This document shows, in pieces, positions 13,340 through 26,193 of a stretch of DNA of 64,000 bases. The stretch lies in the NCBI GenBank assembly GCA_964106645.2, contig OZ067041.1, one strand, 5' to 3'. The position numbers and the translations under genes were made by a program. Position 1 is the stretch's first letter. Each line of letters opens with the position of its first letter. The notes beneath the pieces are model-generated. The model saw only the letters and a list, made by a program, of their open reading frames with translations, did no database searches and was not told the origin of the DNA. The DNA comes from Podarcis pityusensis. Taxonomy: Eukaryota.

Positions 13340-14757
13340 CATAGCTAAGGGAGAGGGCACTGCCTTCCCCGATCTGCATAACAGCCGTTTATTTTTGTGA
13401 TTCCAGATTGCACCCCAGTTAAGGAGAATTAGGGTATGCTGGCTTTTACTGAATACTGGTAGCCAGCCTGGGTATCCTTCAATGAGCTTCTGTTTAATGA
13501 TGTGCAGTATATCTGAGCATTCTTTGATCCAAACACCTGGATTTTCCTAAGTTTTCCTGCTTTGCTTAAGGAATCATGTCCGCTTTATGGTATTCTGTGG
13601 GGAGGCTTTTATATATGAGGGATGGGGAGCCTGTGCTTAGTCCAACAATACGTGGAGGGCCACAGCTTCCCCTTTCCCTAATCACACCGCTTGTGGTTTC
13701 AGGAATGGAGTACAAATAAATATTGACACAAATGCTGACTGTATTAACCAAAACCAGTGGGTTTTTTCCAACACAGTGCTAAGTCGGGGCAGCCCAAGCA
13801 TTAACGGTAGTGCAGTGAGACACCCCCCGCCCCACTGCACTTCCTAAATCTGTTCTAGGAGTTTCCCAAACCATCTGAAGCAAATTTGGGAAGGATGCAT
13901 GGTGTATGTGGGGAGAAGAGGGGAAGAGTCTCATTGCACTAGCAATAATCCTTAAACTGATGGGACGAGTTAGAATACCACCCAGTGTAACATTATTTGT
14001 TTTATAAGTAAGCATTTATCTTAGATCTTGAAAACAGAAATAAAAAAAAAATTCTGTCTTACTTTTTAATAACCTTGTTAACAGCTTTAAAGTTAGATGA
14101 AACGAATGCCATTCTGCCTTTAAAAGCGCAATGATTTCTCTGCTTTATTTTTAACCATGTTGTGTTTGTTTCTGGGAGGCAAATAGAAATTAAGGCCAAC
14201 CTGAAATTCCTAGCTGCAAGTCTCCAAACAGTACAGCTAGCTTGTATTTTTCTTCTTTGAAGAGTCATGCAGACATAAACTACTAGCCAAATCTTCTGAG
14301 CCTCCTTTTTTTTTTTTTAGTCTGAGAAACTGATGCTCAAACAAGTTTATCCAAGGGCACTTGCTTTATTAGAAGTAGGATTGGATTTCAGGGACCCGTC
14401 CTAAAAGTTGCTCCAACACCTCCTTTTAAAATATTTTACAAGCATCTCTGTATATGTCATATTCAGAACTATGCAAGTAAAGAGTAATATAGCTGCACGG
14501 ATTAAGCAAATTGCCTTACATTTGCACTTACTAAGCCTTTTCTTGGTAAAAAATTATTTCTCACTTTAAAACAATGTGTGTATTCATGGATTGGGATAAT
14601 TGTTACCTACAAGCACAGCTGTCAGCAACAGAAATGGATGTTTCCTTTGCAGAACAGCAGTTTGCTCATATTGGTCTCTTCAAGCATTTCGCTTGAAAAT
14701 AGATTGATCAGTAAGAGAGTCCTACAGATGTAGGAAGCCATGATCAATGATTAAGAT

Positions 14758-15004
14758 CATGGGTAGGCAAACCAAGGCCCGGGGGCCGGATCCGCCCAAT
14801 CTCCTCCTAAATCCGGCCCACGGACAGTCTGGGAATTAGCGTGTTTTTACATGAGTAGAATGTGTCCTTTTATTTAAAATGCATCTCTGGGTTATTTGTG
14901 GGGCATAGGAATTCGTTCTTTCCCCCCCAAAATATAGTCCGGCCCCCCACAAGGTCTGAGGGACAGTGGACCGGCTCCCTGCTGGACAAGTTTGCTGATC
15001 CCTG
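14758..15004 (+). mobile_element. hAT (Charlie-like) MITE
   Basis: CATGGGTAGGCAAAC...GTTTGCTGATCCCTG TIRs; degenerate TSD ATTAAGAT/ATCAAGAC. Same family as 41093-41399 in the opposite orientation (strand label is relative). Confidence 0.85.
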
Positions 15005-17068
15005 ATCAAGACTCTAGCTTTCTAGCTTCCATTAGTTCTCAAGGTTCTTTCAATTTTTCTTTTGACTGATCTCTCACTCTGGAGATAGCATGTAACACAC
15101 ATGCTGCTAAAGCATGAAAACGTTGATATTTTGGGGTCTAACCCATTTTGTCTATCACTTACCACAACCAATTGTTGGTTTGCTGGATATTGGCAGTTCT
15201 TGTTAAAATGGGGAAATGTGTGAACACCTGGACTAATGACAGTTACAAGTTGTAATGCTTTCCTAGAATGCAGTTGTTTAACTGGAGCACAACATGGGGC
15301 TGCTATGCCTATACAAAACCTTTCTTACGAAATGCAGATTATATTTGTGTAAGATTGTTCAAGGAGCTTTCTGAGAAGAGGGTCTTACATCTCAAAAACT
15401 ACAAAAGCATGAGGAATGTTTTCAGAAGTTGTGAATTGTTCAGAATCAAGAATACTGCCTTAAAGGGAGAGAGATGCAGCAAGTCCAAAACGCCTGGACT
15501 TATGCTACAAGTTCCTCTCATAAGAAAACTTCATTAGGAATATTACCTTGCCTAAGTAAGAATAAAATTAGATTTACAAAATGGAAAATACATTGATGTT
15601 GTTATTAATAACAGTGTTAATAAACGTTATTACTTGTGCTGAGTAATGGGGCTTATTCCAACAATACAGAACTAAGTAGTTCTGGGACAAAGCATTCTGA
15701 ATGCCTTCGTTCGTTATAATCGTGGATTAAGTACTGTTGAGGATCCTGTCAGTTTGTTTTATTAGAAAATGCTGCTTATTTTACTGAGGCATGCTGCCTA
15801 AACCTGAGGGTGTTGTTTTTTAAATCCATAAACAATGCTGAGCTCTTGTCAGAAAAAAGCCACATTGAAAAGATCTGAGTCTAAAACTACTTCAGTTATA
15901 TACAGCACTACATTAATCAATTCCTTGAAGTATTACATACATTTTTTTAAAGGCCCCTCAATCTCATCTTGGGATAGCATATTGAAATGCTTCCTTACTG
16001 GGAATGAGGGAGGTTGTTATTTTGGACAGAGTTATGGAACTTCTGAGATATTATGTAGGCAATGCTCAGATAATATTAAAGTTTATTTCAGGCTCAGCAT
16101 ATTTGACCTCAGGCATCCTAAGAGTCATGTAGACCTGGCCAAAGCTATTACATTCCTCCAGTGATCCCCATAATAATGATTAATTTCTTTCATAACTCTC
16201 TTCATAATTAATACAGGTTTCATTGTGGCCACTACTATTCTCTTATTGATCATCTCAGCCATTTAAATTGGGACTGGTAAAGCTGTCTCTGCTTACTCTG
16301 CTGAGCAGACATTTATTTTATTTGGATAGCTCTCATCATTTGTAAATTATGTTGGGGATATTGACTGTCATGGAAACTACAGGTATTTCAGTGCTCTTGT
16401 CATGCAAGAGCTGAAGCCTTTTCAGCATTTGAGGTTAATGTTCTTCTCTGGTGCTTTTTGCATGAAGATACGTAAGTGGTCTATGAACACTAATTAGTCA
16501 GGCTTTACAGAGAAGCATTAGCTGTCCTGTTTTTACTCATAGCTAAGAGTATATTTTCCCTCCCCATCACCACAGATGTCTCTGAAATATGCTGAATGCT
16601 GCAGGAGTTGGGTTTGTACATTTACAGGCACATGTTAATCACATTAATTGTAAACTGTAATGTATGTACGCTAACTATATGGCTTAATCGTTTACTTTAT
16701 GTAAACTTCCCAAATTCAGATTTTTTACTCTGGACTGAAACAGCTGGACTTCATATTAATCCAAATATTAATGCAATTGGGGAGTTTTTTTCAATTGTAT
16801 TTTAGTGAATGACAAGTTTTTCCTAGTCATTTCATGAAGATTAAAAAAATGATTTTTTATTTTTTTACATCTCGTCCGTAACAGTGCAGAATCCATAAGA
16901 AGGCAAGACTAAATGACATTTATGGCCAGTATCAAGTCCGTTTTCACTTCTATCTGGTCATGTTACTGTAATCCTCAAAACTGGAATATTAAATTATTAA
17001 ATTAAATTAAATTAAATTATTTTATCTCTTCCCCCCCCCTTTTCTTTTGCTTACTGTGTTTTGTGCAG

Positions 17069-17082
17069 AACCACAAAACAAG
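17069..17082 (+). other. Candidate 14-nt microexon AACCACAAAACAAG (coding status unknown)
   Basis: Long pyrimidine tract from ~17020 ending TTTTGTGCAG, immediately followed 14 nt later by the strong donor AAG|GTATGT, in repeat-free sequence. Confidence 0.65.
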
Positions 17083-17557
17083 GTATGTATAAAGAAAGCA
17101 CATCAATAATTTATTTAAATTGCTGCTTTTGTCTTACAGTGAAGTTGATGATGTTCATGACAATAAATACATTACAAGCTTCTTATGTCTTATCAAGTTG
17201 TGTATGTTGCAGTTTAATCTTTTGGGTTGAAAAGCAAAAACAACTACAGATGGAAAGTGGAAGAAAGAGCCTGGAATGGTGCTCATCTTTGGGGCAGTTC
17301 ACGAGTGTAAATTGACTGCTTATTTTCCTCACATGACCTCTCAAGTGTAGCTCATGTGAAAAAGCCTCTACGTGCTTAGACTATATGACATCCTTCCTGC
17401 AATGCACAGCAAGCTTTTCTCCGACATAAAAAATGCTGCTGCAACTGCTGATGTGTCTACCACAGGTTTTATCTGTGGAATATCCAGCCTCATATAATCA
17501 ACATGCATGAAGGGGTTAAGATCATAGAGTAAGTTGTCCTGCCATACTTATCTAGGT

Positions 17558-17693
17558 TAAGGTTACCAGATTTTTTTCAATGAATCTGGGGGCGCTTTTC
17601 AACTTCCTATTAAATAAATGGATTTTTTTCAGAGGACTGATTTGTAAATCTGGAGACTGTCCCCAGGAAAAAGGGACGTCTGGTAACCTGGTA
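17558..17693 (-). mobile_element. hAT (Blackjack-like) MITE
   Basis: TAAGGTTACCAGA...TCTGGTAACC TIRs; reverse-complement homologue of 19998-20130. Confidence 0.8.
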
Positions 17694-17749
17694 TCTAGAT
17701 TTCCTTATTATTTTGCTATCTAGCTAGCTAGCTAGCTATCTTCCTAATG

Positions 17750-18072
17750 AAAATTCATTAGCCTTTTGGTTTGATTTTTCTCCTCACCTTCACTTTTTTA
17801 TGCAATTTTGCCCCAAATGCACAATTTTACAAAGCAATTCCTCCTATTATGAAACCCTTGGTATGCTAGTTTCATTAATATATGCATTTTAATGCATAAT
17901 TGACCATAGTATATGCAATTTTGAACACATTACTTGACTAGAGAACTTCATTTCAGAATTCAGACATGTGAGTTTTAAAGGATAACTTCATTGAAAAATG
18001 GCTGCATTTTGGTCATTTGCAAGTAAATTTGCTTGTAAATGCAAACTGAATCCAATTTCTCTTCCATCCCTA
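17750..18072. mobile_element. Old DNA-transposon-like fragment with a TAGGGATG-type terminus
   Basis: Ends AATTTCTCTTCCATCCCTA; interior has repeated TGCA(A)TTTT motifs. Confidence 0.5.
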
Positions 18073-18906
18073 CTTTTCATTAGCTGGGATTTTACACCTG
18101 GTTCATTTTGTCTATAGCAGAACTGACGGGAAGCATTTAAAGGAACATGAGAACTTTTCAGCCAGCAAATTCATGGATAGCTTGAAATTATGGTACTGAG
18201 CAGCTAAGATAGTAAAAGTTTGCATAGCAGTTCTGCATTACCTTCATCATCAGGGATCTGTAGAATTCCCTCCACATGAGGAGTGCTATATCTTTAGTTC
18301 TCTTTAATTGATAAAATGGAAAATATATTCTTGGAAAGCTATTTAATGTTCCTTAAGGGGGAGATTTTTTTAAAAAAGGGAAAAAAATGTTATTCTCTGC
18401 ATGCTCTATTTTCTTATTTTATTCACTCTTCTACCTATAATGGCTTTTATTCTTTGATCTAAGCTATCAATTTTAATTGAAGTGTTTTCTGCCTTCTCTG
18501 GTGATGTAAAAGATATTTGCATTTCACAATTTTTAACAAAAAAACCCCAACAGATAATTTAAATTTTTAAAAATCCATCTTGGGAGGAGAAAAACACTTT
18601 TCTAAACTTCTCACTACTGAAATCTGGTAGGTTGTGGAATTCCTTATCCTTGAGTTTATAGGCTACTTATTTTTTTGACTGGTTTGTTCCTTAGCTGCCA
18701 CCTATTCTGGACTTGGATCTTTTAAAAGTCTGCTGCTTTGTTTATTATAACAAGTAGTTTCTCTGGAACCTTTCTGACTGTTTCCAAAATTATCCAGAGA
18801 TAATTAGGACTGGAGTGGGCATGAAGCGTCATTCTTCTAGGGCAGACTGTCTCTGGGGCTGAACTACTCTGAATTTGCAGTATTCTCCACAGATGCAGTA
18901 GGGAAT

Positions 18907-18990
18907 GGTTTGCAATCCTATATATGCTTACTGAGATGTTAGTCCCTCATTGGGATTTACTTCCAGGTAAGTGGATATGAAACTGCAGCC
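18907..18990. repeat. ~90-bp imperfect palindromic repeat copy
   Basis: GGTTTGCAATCCTATA...AGTCCC / GGGATTTAC...ACTGCAGCC inverted arms. Confidence 0.7.
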
Positions 18991-19055
18991 TCAGAAAATA
19001 TTCTTTGGGTGTGACAATGTCAGATGGGCAGTGTACAGATTTATTATTATTATTA

Positions 19056-19297
19056 CAGTGGTACCTCGGGTTAAGTACTTAATTCGTTCCGGAGGTCCGT
19101 TCTTAACCTGAAACTGTTCTTAACCTGAAGCACCACTTTAGCTAATGGGGCCTCCCGCTGCTGCCGTGCCACCGGAGCACAATTTCTGTTCTCATCCTGA
19201 AGCAAAGTTCTTAACCTGAAGCACTATTTCTGGGTTAGCGGAGTCTGTAACCTGAAGCGTATGTAGCCTGAAGCGCATGTAACCCGAGGTACCACTG
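19056..19297 (+). mobile_element. Young Tigger/pogo-like MITE
   Basis: Perfect TIRs CAGTGGTACCTCGGGTTA with TA TSD, inserted in an (ATT)n tract. Highly similar copies at 36666, 59765 and 63265. Confidence 0.92.
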
Positions 19298-19316
19298 TAT
19301 TATTATTATTATTATT

Positions 19317-19540
19317 AGAGTTTGGATTTGATATCCCGCTTTATCACTACCCGAAGGAGTCTCAAAGCGGCTAATATTCTCCTTTCCCTTCCTCCCCCAC
19401 AACAAACACTCTGTGAGGTAAGTGGGGCTGAGAGACTTCAAAGAAGTGTGACTGGCCCAAGGTCACCCAGCAGCTGCATGTGGAGGAGCGGAGACGCGAA
19501 CCCAGTTCACCAGATTATGAGTCTACCACTCTTAACCATT
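19317..19540 (-). mobile_element. tRNA-derived SINE (Squam3-like)
   Basis: Minus strand reads TGGTTAAGAG (A box), GGGTTCGCGTCTCC (B box), then GCTGCTGGGTGACCTTGGGC; its tail abuts an (ATT)n tract. Confidence 0.8.
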
Positions 19541-19642
19541 ATTATGTCTTGTAATAATTCATTTTCATTAAGGTGGAATCAAATATCAACTTGCAAAGTA
19601 TATGAAACTTAAAAATTAGGAAATCACCCAGTCTGCCCAGTA

Positions 19643-19830
19643 AGAACATGAAAAGTTCCCTGCTGTATCATACTAAAGACCCATCTAGTCCAGCATCCTG
19701 TTTTCACAGTGGCCAACCTATGGGAGATCAGCAAGCAGGACCCAACTCCATCCCCACCCTACTTACTAGTGATTCCCTGCATCTGGTAGGTAGAGGCCTC
19801 CTGCTTCTGATCACAGAGGCCGGTTGTAGT
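19643..19830 (-). mobile_element. CR1 3' end
   Basis: TAAGAACATG...CCCATCTAGTCCAGCATCCTG; reverse complement of the tails at ~27510-27578 and 62972-63056. Confidence 0.7.
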
Positions 19831-19889
19831 AGAAGCTCAATGAAAGCATTGACCCAGTGTGTGGCGGAACTTCATGTAAGAGATTATGA

Positions 19890-20485
19890 AGAAATGGAAG
19901 AAAAATAGAACTGCCAACATAGTTATGACATAATATAAATCTGTGGTGTGGCTAAACTTGGAATACTGTGTCCAGTTCTGATTGATCCACCTTTGAATAA
20001 GGTTACCAGACATCCCCGTTTCCTGGGGACGGTCCCCAGATTTACAAATCAGTCCCCTGACAAATTCCATCCATTCCGACTGAAGTTGAAAAGTGTCCCC
20101 GGATTAATTGAAAAACATCTAGTAACCTTACCTTAGAAAGGTTATGATAGTTCTGTGAAACATGCAGAAAAGCAACCAAAATGATTAGTGGGCTGCAGCA
20201 GCTACCTTATGAAGAAATGTTACAACATTTGGGGCTTCTTAGTTTTGAAAAAAGATGAGCAAGGGAGGACATGAAATGAGTTTATAAAAAGATGCATAAG
20301 GTGTAGAGAAAGTTGATAGGGTGAAGGTTTTCTTCCTCTCTTGGTACTAGAATCTGGGGTCATCCAATGAATCTGAATAGGACAAACTGAAGTGCTTCAC
20401 AAAGCACATAGCTGAATTATCAAGTTTACCATCACAGGATGTGGTTGATGGTTACCAACATCAACTGCTTTGAAAATGTATTATA
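19890..20485 (+). mobile_element. Decayed CR1 LINE, ORF2 C-terminal region
   Basis: CTTGGAATACTGTGTCCAGTTCTG (LEYCVQF), GCAACCAAAATGATT (ATKMI), TATGAAGAA...TTGGGGCTTCTTAGT (YEE.L..LGL.S). Confidence 0.8.
19998..20130 (+). mobile_element. hAT (Blackjack-like) MITE nested in CR1
   Basis: TAAGGTTACCAGA...TCTAGTAACCTTA; TSD CCTTTGAA/CCTTAGAA. Confidence 0.85.
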
Positions 20486-21962
20486 TTAATTAGTGATTCT
20501 GACTTATAGCTTCTGAGGTGGTTTAAACCAGGGAGCCCATAACGTTTGAAAATATAGTGGATTAATAACATTGTGGAAGGCTACCATTGTTGGTTATAGG
20601 TTGTTTCTTCGTTGGACCATGCACGTTCCTAGTCTCTGAGGGAAGAAGCTGAGAGGAAAAGTGTGTGTCAACACCCCATTTCCCCAGTGCATCCGTTGGC
20701 CAGTGCCATAGTCAGTTTGGTACCAAACTATGAATTCAAATAAATACTAAACTTTTAAAAAATGCCATAGACATGTGTAATATTCATGCCCCCCTGGTCT
20801 TTTTCCAAGCACAATTCAAAATAAATTTCCTGAACCAAAATAGCCCCAAATTATACATATTTCCCTAAAGCAGATATGTCTTTGGGGGTTCTTAAGGACA
20901 CTTATAAGGCTTCTGGTATGTTCAACATTCCTGATTTAAGTGATTTGTTTCTGTTTTCTGAGTCTTGAGTTTCAGAAATTCTTCTGCGTTTATTTCACTT
21001 CCTAAATTCCTCCTCCTTGACAAAGTCCATAAAGGCATGTAATTTACTTTGAGGTCTATGGAGAAAGACCATTAGAATGGTGCAAAATGTTGTATTATTG
21101 AACTGTCTGACACTAAAGTAATGATTATTGAAGTGAAAGAAGTTGTGAAATGCTGCACATGGTGCAAATACAGCAAAGGTACATTGTATTTCTCTTGTTC
21201 AATCCTCATTGTACCTTAACTGGTGATTTTATGGTGATGTGGAGCTGTTGCGTGGTCCTTTTACATTTTGGTTGGTTCCTGCTGATATAAATCAAACACA
21301 CTGTCCTCTTGTTATTTGTCAGGTTTAAAAACCCCAATTTTAATCACTTCATACAGGTATCTAATTTGAATCAGGCTGGCAAGCTGCAGGGCTCTTGTGC
21401 TTGTTTAATTGGTATCTTTCTCATCGCATTTGAATGAAGTTGCACACGCACTGCAGGACATCAGCAGAGACAACTGAATAGTCAAGGCTGTCACTCTGGA
21501 AACAGGATAGTGAGATACTGCCAAGCTAAAGAGAGAGCTAGGGTCAAATAGATTTTTTTAAAAAAAGCATTTCTGTCTATTTCAGCTTGTTGTAAAGTTC
21601 TATGGAAATAGCTTGACACGACTGATTACATATTTAATATATGGCATTGATAATTCTATATAATACTGCCAGAATGTTCAGTGTATGTGTGAGATCTGTG
21701 CTACCATTTATGTCTGTTTACAAGACTATCAAATTGTTATGTGATAATCCCTCAGACTGGCCTTGGTTGTCCAGTCAGGACCTACTGGCTTTGTTCACTT
21801 ATCACACTAAACCACAGTTTAGCATAATGCGCATAATTCACAATTAATTTCAGGCTCACATTCTCCCCCCCCCCCCAGGTGGGGGGGACTTCAGAAGCAT
21901 TTACTTTCAGTTTTAGTTAATCACAGTAGTCACAGTCACGTAGTCTGGCATGATAAATTATA

Positions 21963-22313
21963 AAAGGTAAAGGGACCCCTGACCATTAGGTCCAGTCGTG
22001 ACCGATTCTGGGGTTGCGGCGCTCATCTCACTTTATTGGCCGAGGGAAATGGCATACAGCTTCTGGGTCATGTGGCCAGCATGACTAAGCCGCTTCTGGC
22101 GAACCAGAGCAGCACACAGAAACGCCGTTTCCCTTCCTGCCGGAGCGGTACCTATTTATCTACTTGCACTTTGACGTGCTTTCAAACTGCTAGGTTGGCA
22201 GGAGCAGGGACCGAGCAATGGATGCTCATCCCGTCGCAGGGATTTGAACCGCCAACCTTCTGATCGGCAAGTCCTAGGCTCTGTGGTTTAACCCACAGCG
22301 CCACCCGCATCCC
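21963..22313 (-). mobile_element. Full-length Sauria SINE (Squam1)
   Basis: Minus strand GGGATGCGGGTGGCGCTGTGGGTTAAACC head, AGATAAATAGGTACC core and CCCTTTACCTTT tail; 13-bp TSD ATGATAAATTATA/ATGACAAATTATA. Confidence 0.93.
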
Positions 22314-23569
22314 ATGACAAATTATAGTTAGCACTAATTATTGTCAGATTTAAACAAGCCATCTTAAGTAGTTTCCAAAGCTACGTAGTGTCCATCTACA
22401 ATTAGTTTGAATGACACGGCAAACTGCAGTTAACTAAAACTCTATGTGAAAGCTTCCAAAAAGGGAGGGAGGGAGGGAAGAACATGTGAGCCTGAGGCTC
22501 CGTATGACTTGTATACATCACAATAAACTATGGTTGTGAGTGCAGCCTCAGCCTGATTACAAATAAGTAGGGCCCAGTTGTCTTTATTCTGTTCTAGTGC
22601 TGTGGCAAAAAATTAATCTCAGTTGTTATTTTTTACCGTTCTCCATAAATTTATGAGATAATAAATTGCATTAGAAAATTTTGAAAGTGAAGGGAAAATG
22701 TCTATGGAATTTTCTGGATGGCGTACAAGTTCAGTGTTGTGCAGCAGCCAAGTGGTGTTTGTGAGGTATCCTTTATTTCATTGTAGAAATCATCTCTCCA
22801 GTGGTCTGCACTCTGCAGCTTTTCAGAGTTTTGGTCCACCCTGTGAGGTCCACAGCTGAGCTTTTCTGTAAGGATGGGAAGGTGGGTCCGCTTTCTCACA
22901 TGAGCCAACACCTGTTTGTTTTTAAAAAGTCTTTTATTTTTAAAGAAACCAATGCAGAAAGGTTTCTTATGGTAAAAGAGAAGGTTTTTCTTAAAAACAA
23001 AACCAGCAACTGCAACAGTCTGAGGCACTTGGTCTCCACCATCCCTGCCTTCCACAGCTTCAAACTCAGGGGGAAACATGAGGTAACTTCTCCTATGGGG
23101 CTTTTTCCAATCAGGAAACACAGGCAGCCTGAGAAGCTGCAGAAAGCTAGAGAAATGTTTGATGGAAAGGAAAGCCCACACACCATCCACAGCCATTTTG
23201 CAACAATTAGGTAAGCTGAACCCTACACTAACCAGAATTCCAAATAAATTCCAAAATGTCCTGAGAAAGAGGCAGAAAAATGGGGGGGGGGGGAAGCTGT
23301 TGATAAATTGGAGGGCAGGTTTTGGCACTATTCTATTCTGTTTTCCTCCAGTTTATATCCCACACAAAGCCCAAGGAGGCATATTTCTGACTAGATAGTG
23401 TGTAGACCTTGAGGAGACCTGTAATGGTGTCTACACACATTCTTGTGTATGTTTGGCAGCCCAAGCCTACATTGATGCTTCTTACAAAAGTTATACTTGC
23501 ACTATAGAAAAAGTGTTTTAGGGTTGCCACCTGTCCTATATAACACAGGATTGTTCTGTACCACTGCAG

Positions 23570-23773
23570 CAAGAAGGTAAACAACGTTTCTGTGTGCTCC
23601 GGCACTCGTCATAGTGTTCCGTTACACCAGAAGCGTTTTAGTCATGCTGACCACATGACCCAGAAAGCTGTCTGTGGACAAACACTGGCTCCCTCGACCT
23701 GAAGGGAGATGAGCACCGTAACCCCATAGTCACCTTTGATGGGACTTAACCATCCAGGGGTCTTTACCTTTAT
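23570..23773 (+). mobile_element. 5'-truncated Sauria SINE
   Basis: GAAGGTAAAC..GTTTC, GTCATGCTGACCACATGACC, ending TTTACCTTTA. Confidence 0.85.
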
Positions 23774-26193
23774 CTGTATTTCAATGTACAATGCTATGTT
23801 CTCTCTGTCTCTTGTGAATTGTTCTTGATTTTATTGCTTTATCTTGTTGTAAGCTGCTGTGAGGTTTTGTTTTTGGGGTTGTTGTTTTTTTACTATCAAG
23901 TGGTGTATAAATTTTGTTAAATAAATACAGTAGAATAGAAATGTCTATCTTTCTCCTCATCTTAAAATGAATAATTAATTAAGGAGGAATTAGCTTCTTC
24001 TGCAGTTTGGAGAAAACTTTTAGTTCCTACTTTTCTAGTCTGAACGGAGAATGGATCTATGGTTTAGTCTGCCTACCTTAGATTTTTGAGTACTGTTTGG
24101 ATTGCCAATACTCAGGTTGCGGTCTCAGGGCTGCCATTCCCAAAGCTGTTTTCTGTGTAACCGCTTAAAACGGCTGGAGCAGTTACAAAATGTGACTGCT
24201 GTACAGGGTAAAAAAACCTTTTTTAAAAAAATGCTCCAGTAACATGTTACAGTTACACACGCAAACAAAGGAGCATTGTAGAAAGGATGGCTGCTCCCAT
24301 CAATACATCAGGGCTACTATCTTTCCCTCATACAGTTACCAGGAAGCAATGACACATTGTGATGTGCTTCTGCTTCCTGGAGTATTTTCAGAAGCATTTT
24401 TACCTGTGTTTTGAAGCTGAACCTAGCAGTTTTACACTGTTGAAAGAGAGAATACATTAAAGCAGCCCTTGGACTCCCTCATAAGTAGTGCCTACATTTT
24501 TTGATCCTTTTAAATTTCATTTTTCTGTACATATTTCCACCCTTTTAAAATGGTCAGGACAGGATAGAATGTGCTTTGGGGCACAAACAAGAGGGGGGCG
24601 GAATGGACTTGGGTTGTTTGTCCATTTGTAGAATGGGCATATATATGTGCTGCATCTGTGATCAGTTCCTATGCTGGTCTGATGAGTTTCATGGCAGCTA
24701 TTCATGGCGCCACTGTGTCCCCCTGGCTTGTGGTTCTGCTATAGGTACTTGCTGTGAAATCAACTTAACTTACAGGGGAGCTGATTACAGGCCTTAGGAT
24801 AGGAGCATGGATCCCCATATGGCATTAATGTTTTTAGCGGCAGTCCTGCTGTGTTGTAGGAGCTGGTTTCAGAGGCAATACTGTGCACCAGTGTGAGTCC
24901 CATTGATCAGCTTTCATTTTCAGAACCAATATATAACCATTAATAGTAATTTAAACACATCGTAAATACTTCCCCCCCAACAAAAACCCACACGCATACA
25001 TGTGTATTAGTACTAGTTCCCTTAGCGGTTGTCACGCCTGAGAATCCTGTTAATTTGGCACAGGCTGAATTAGTGAATTCCAGAAGGGTTGAAATAAATA
25101 AGAGGTTCAGTATAACTTCATGTGGAAAATGACTCCTAAGGTACCTTTTCAATCTGCACTCAACTCAGAGGTGATTCTTCCTATTAACAATGATACTTTA
25201 TACCGTACTCTCAGGTGGAGGTTTGGGAGCATACTGACTTAATTGTCCTAGACATTCTTGTGATTCTTATTGTTACTAATACACATTTGAGCAGCTGATG
25301 AATCAGAAATGACTCAGTTCAGGCAAACAAGATTGTTGTTGTTTCTTATTCTTACTGTTAACTTAAAGAGTAGGCCAGAATTGAAACCAGAATATTTTAT
25401 CTAGTTAAGTTTCCTATTCTGTGCCACTGGAGAAGTTGTTCTATTGTTCTTTGGAAATAATTGCGTTAGCCTACAAGACTTTCTAGGCTCTTCCGCTGCA
25501 CTGTTGTATCCATTCATCAGGAGTAAGCCCCATTAAACTCAATAGAACTTATTGAGTAAAATGTAGACTATATTTCTAGAAACATTTAAGGGCCAAAGTA
25601 TACTTGGCATTAATAATATGGTGTACTGTTGAGTGCAAGCTTTAACAAGTTTTCTGTATAAGGGCCCCAATTCAGATCAGCTGAGGTAGTGGGCGTAACC
25701 CTTTGCCCTCTGTAGTGGTCCCAATTCAGCTGGGAGGCATGCTTACTATTTATACTGGGAACAAAGCTCCCATTCCAGTTTAATTAGGGTGGTGAAAACC
25801 AAAACAGGCAACACCTCCAAAAGGATCAATTCAAACTGCGTGATGCGCAATGAAAAGGTCAATGTGGGATGTAAGAGTAAAGTTATCCACACTGGAGAAA
25901 ATAGACTATCTTTGTTTATACGATGGTGGGGTCTGAATTCATGATAAATAGGGAGAAAATAGATATTGGTGGAAAACTTTGACATAGTGTGCATCAGCTT
26001 TGAAAAAGGTGAATTCCATTCTGATATTGTAATGCTGTTATGCCATTTGGAAGACGGCGTATAGTTTTGGTTGCTACATCTCACAGAGGATATTGTCGAT
26101 CTGGAAAAGGTGCAGAAAAGGGCAGCAAAAACTTTAGGGGCCTATGAGGAAAGGTTGCAAAGTCTGAGACTTTTTAGTTTAGAAAAAAGTAAT

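Noticed and set aside
22036-22263. Similar ORFs at 22036 and 47736 (GHVASMTKPLLA...) suggesting a small gene family
   Set aside because: Both are antisense translations of Sauria SINEs.
22702-23328. Longest ORF (208 aa, minus strand)
   Set aside because: Phe/Lys-rich from homopolymer runs, no domain, no clear exon structure.
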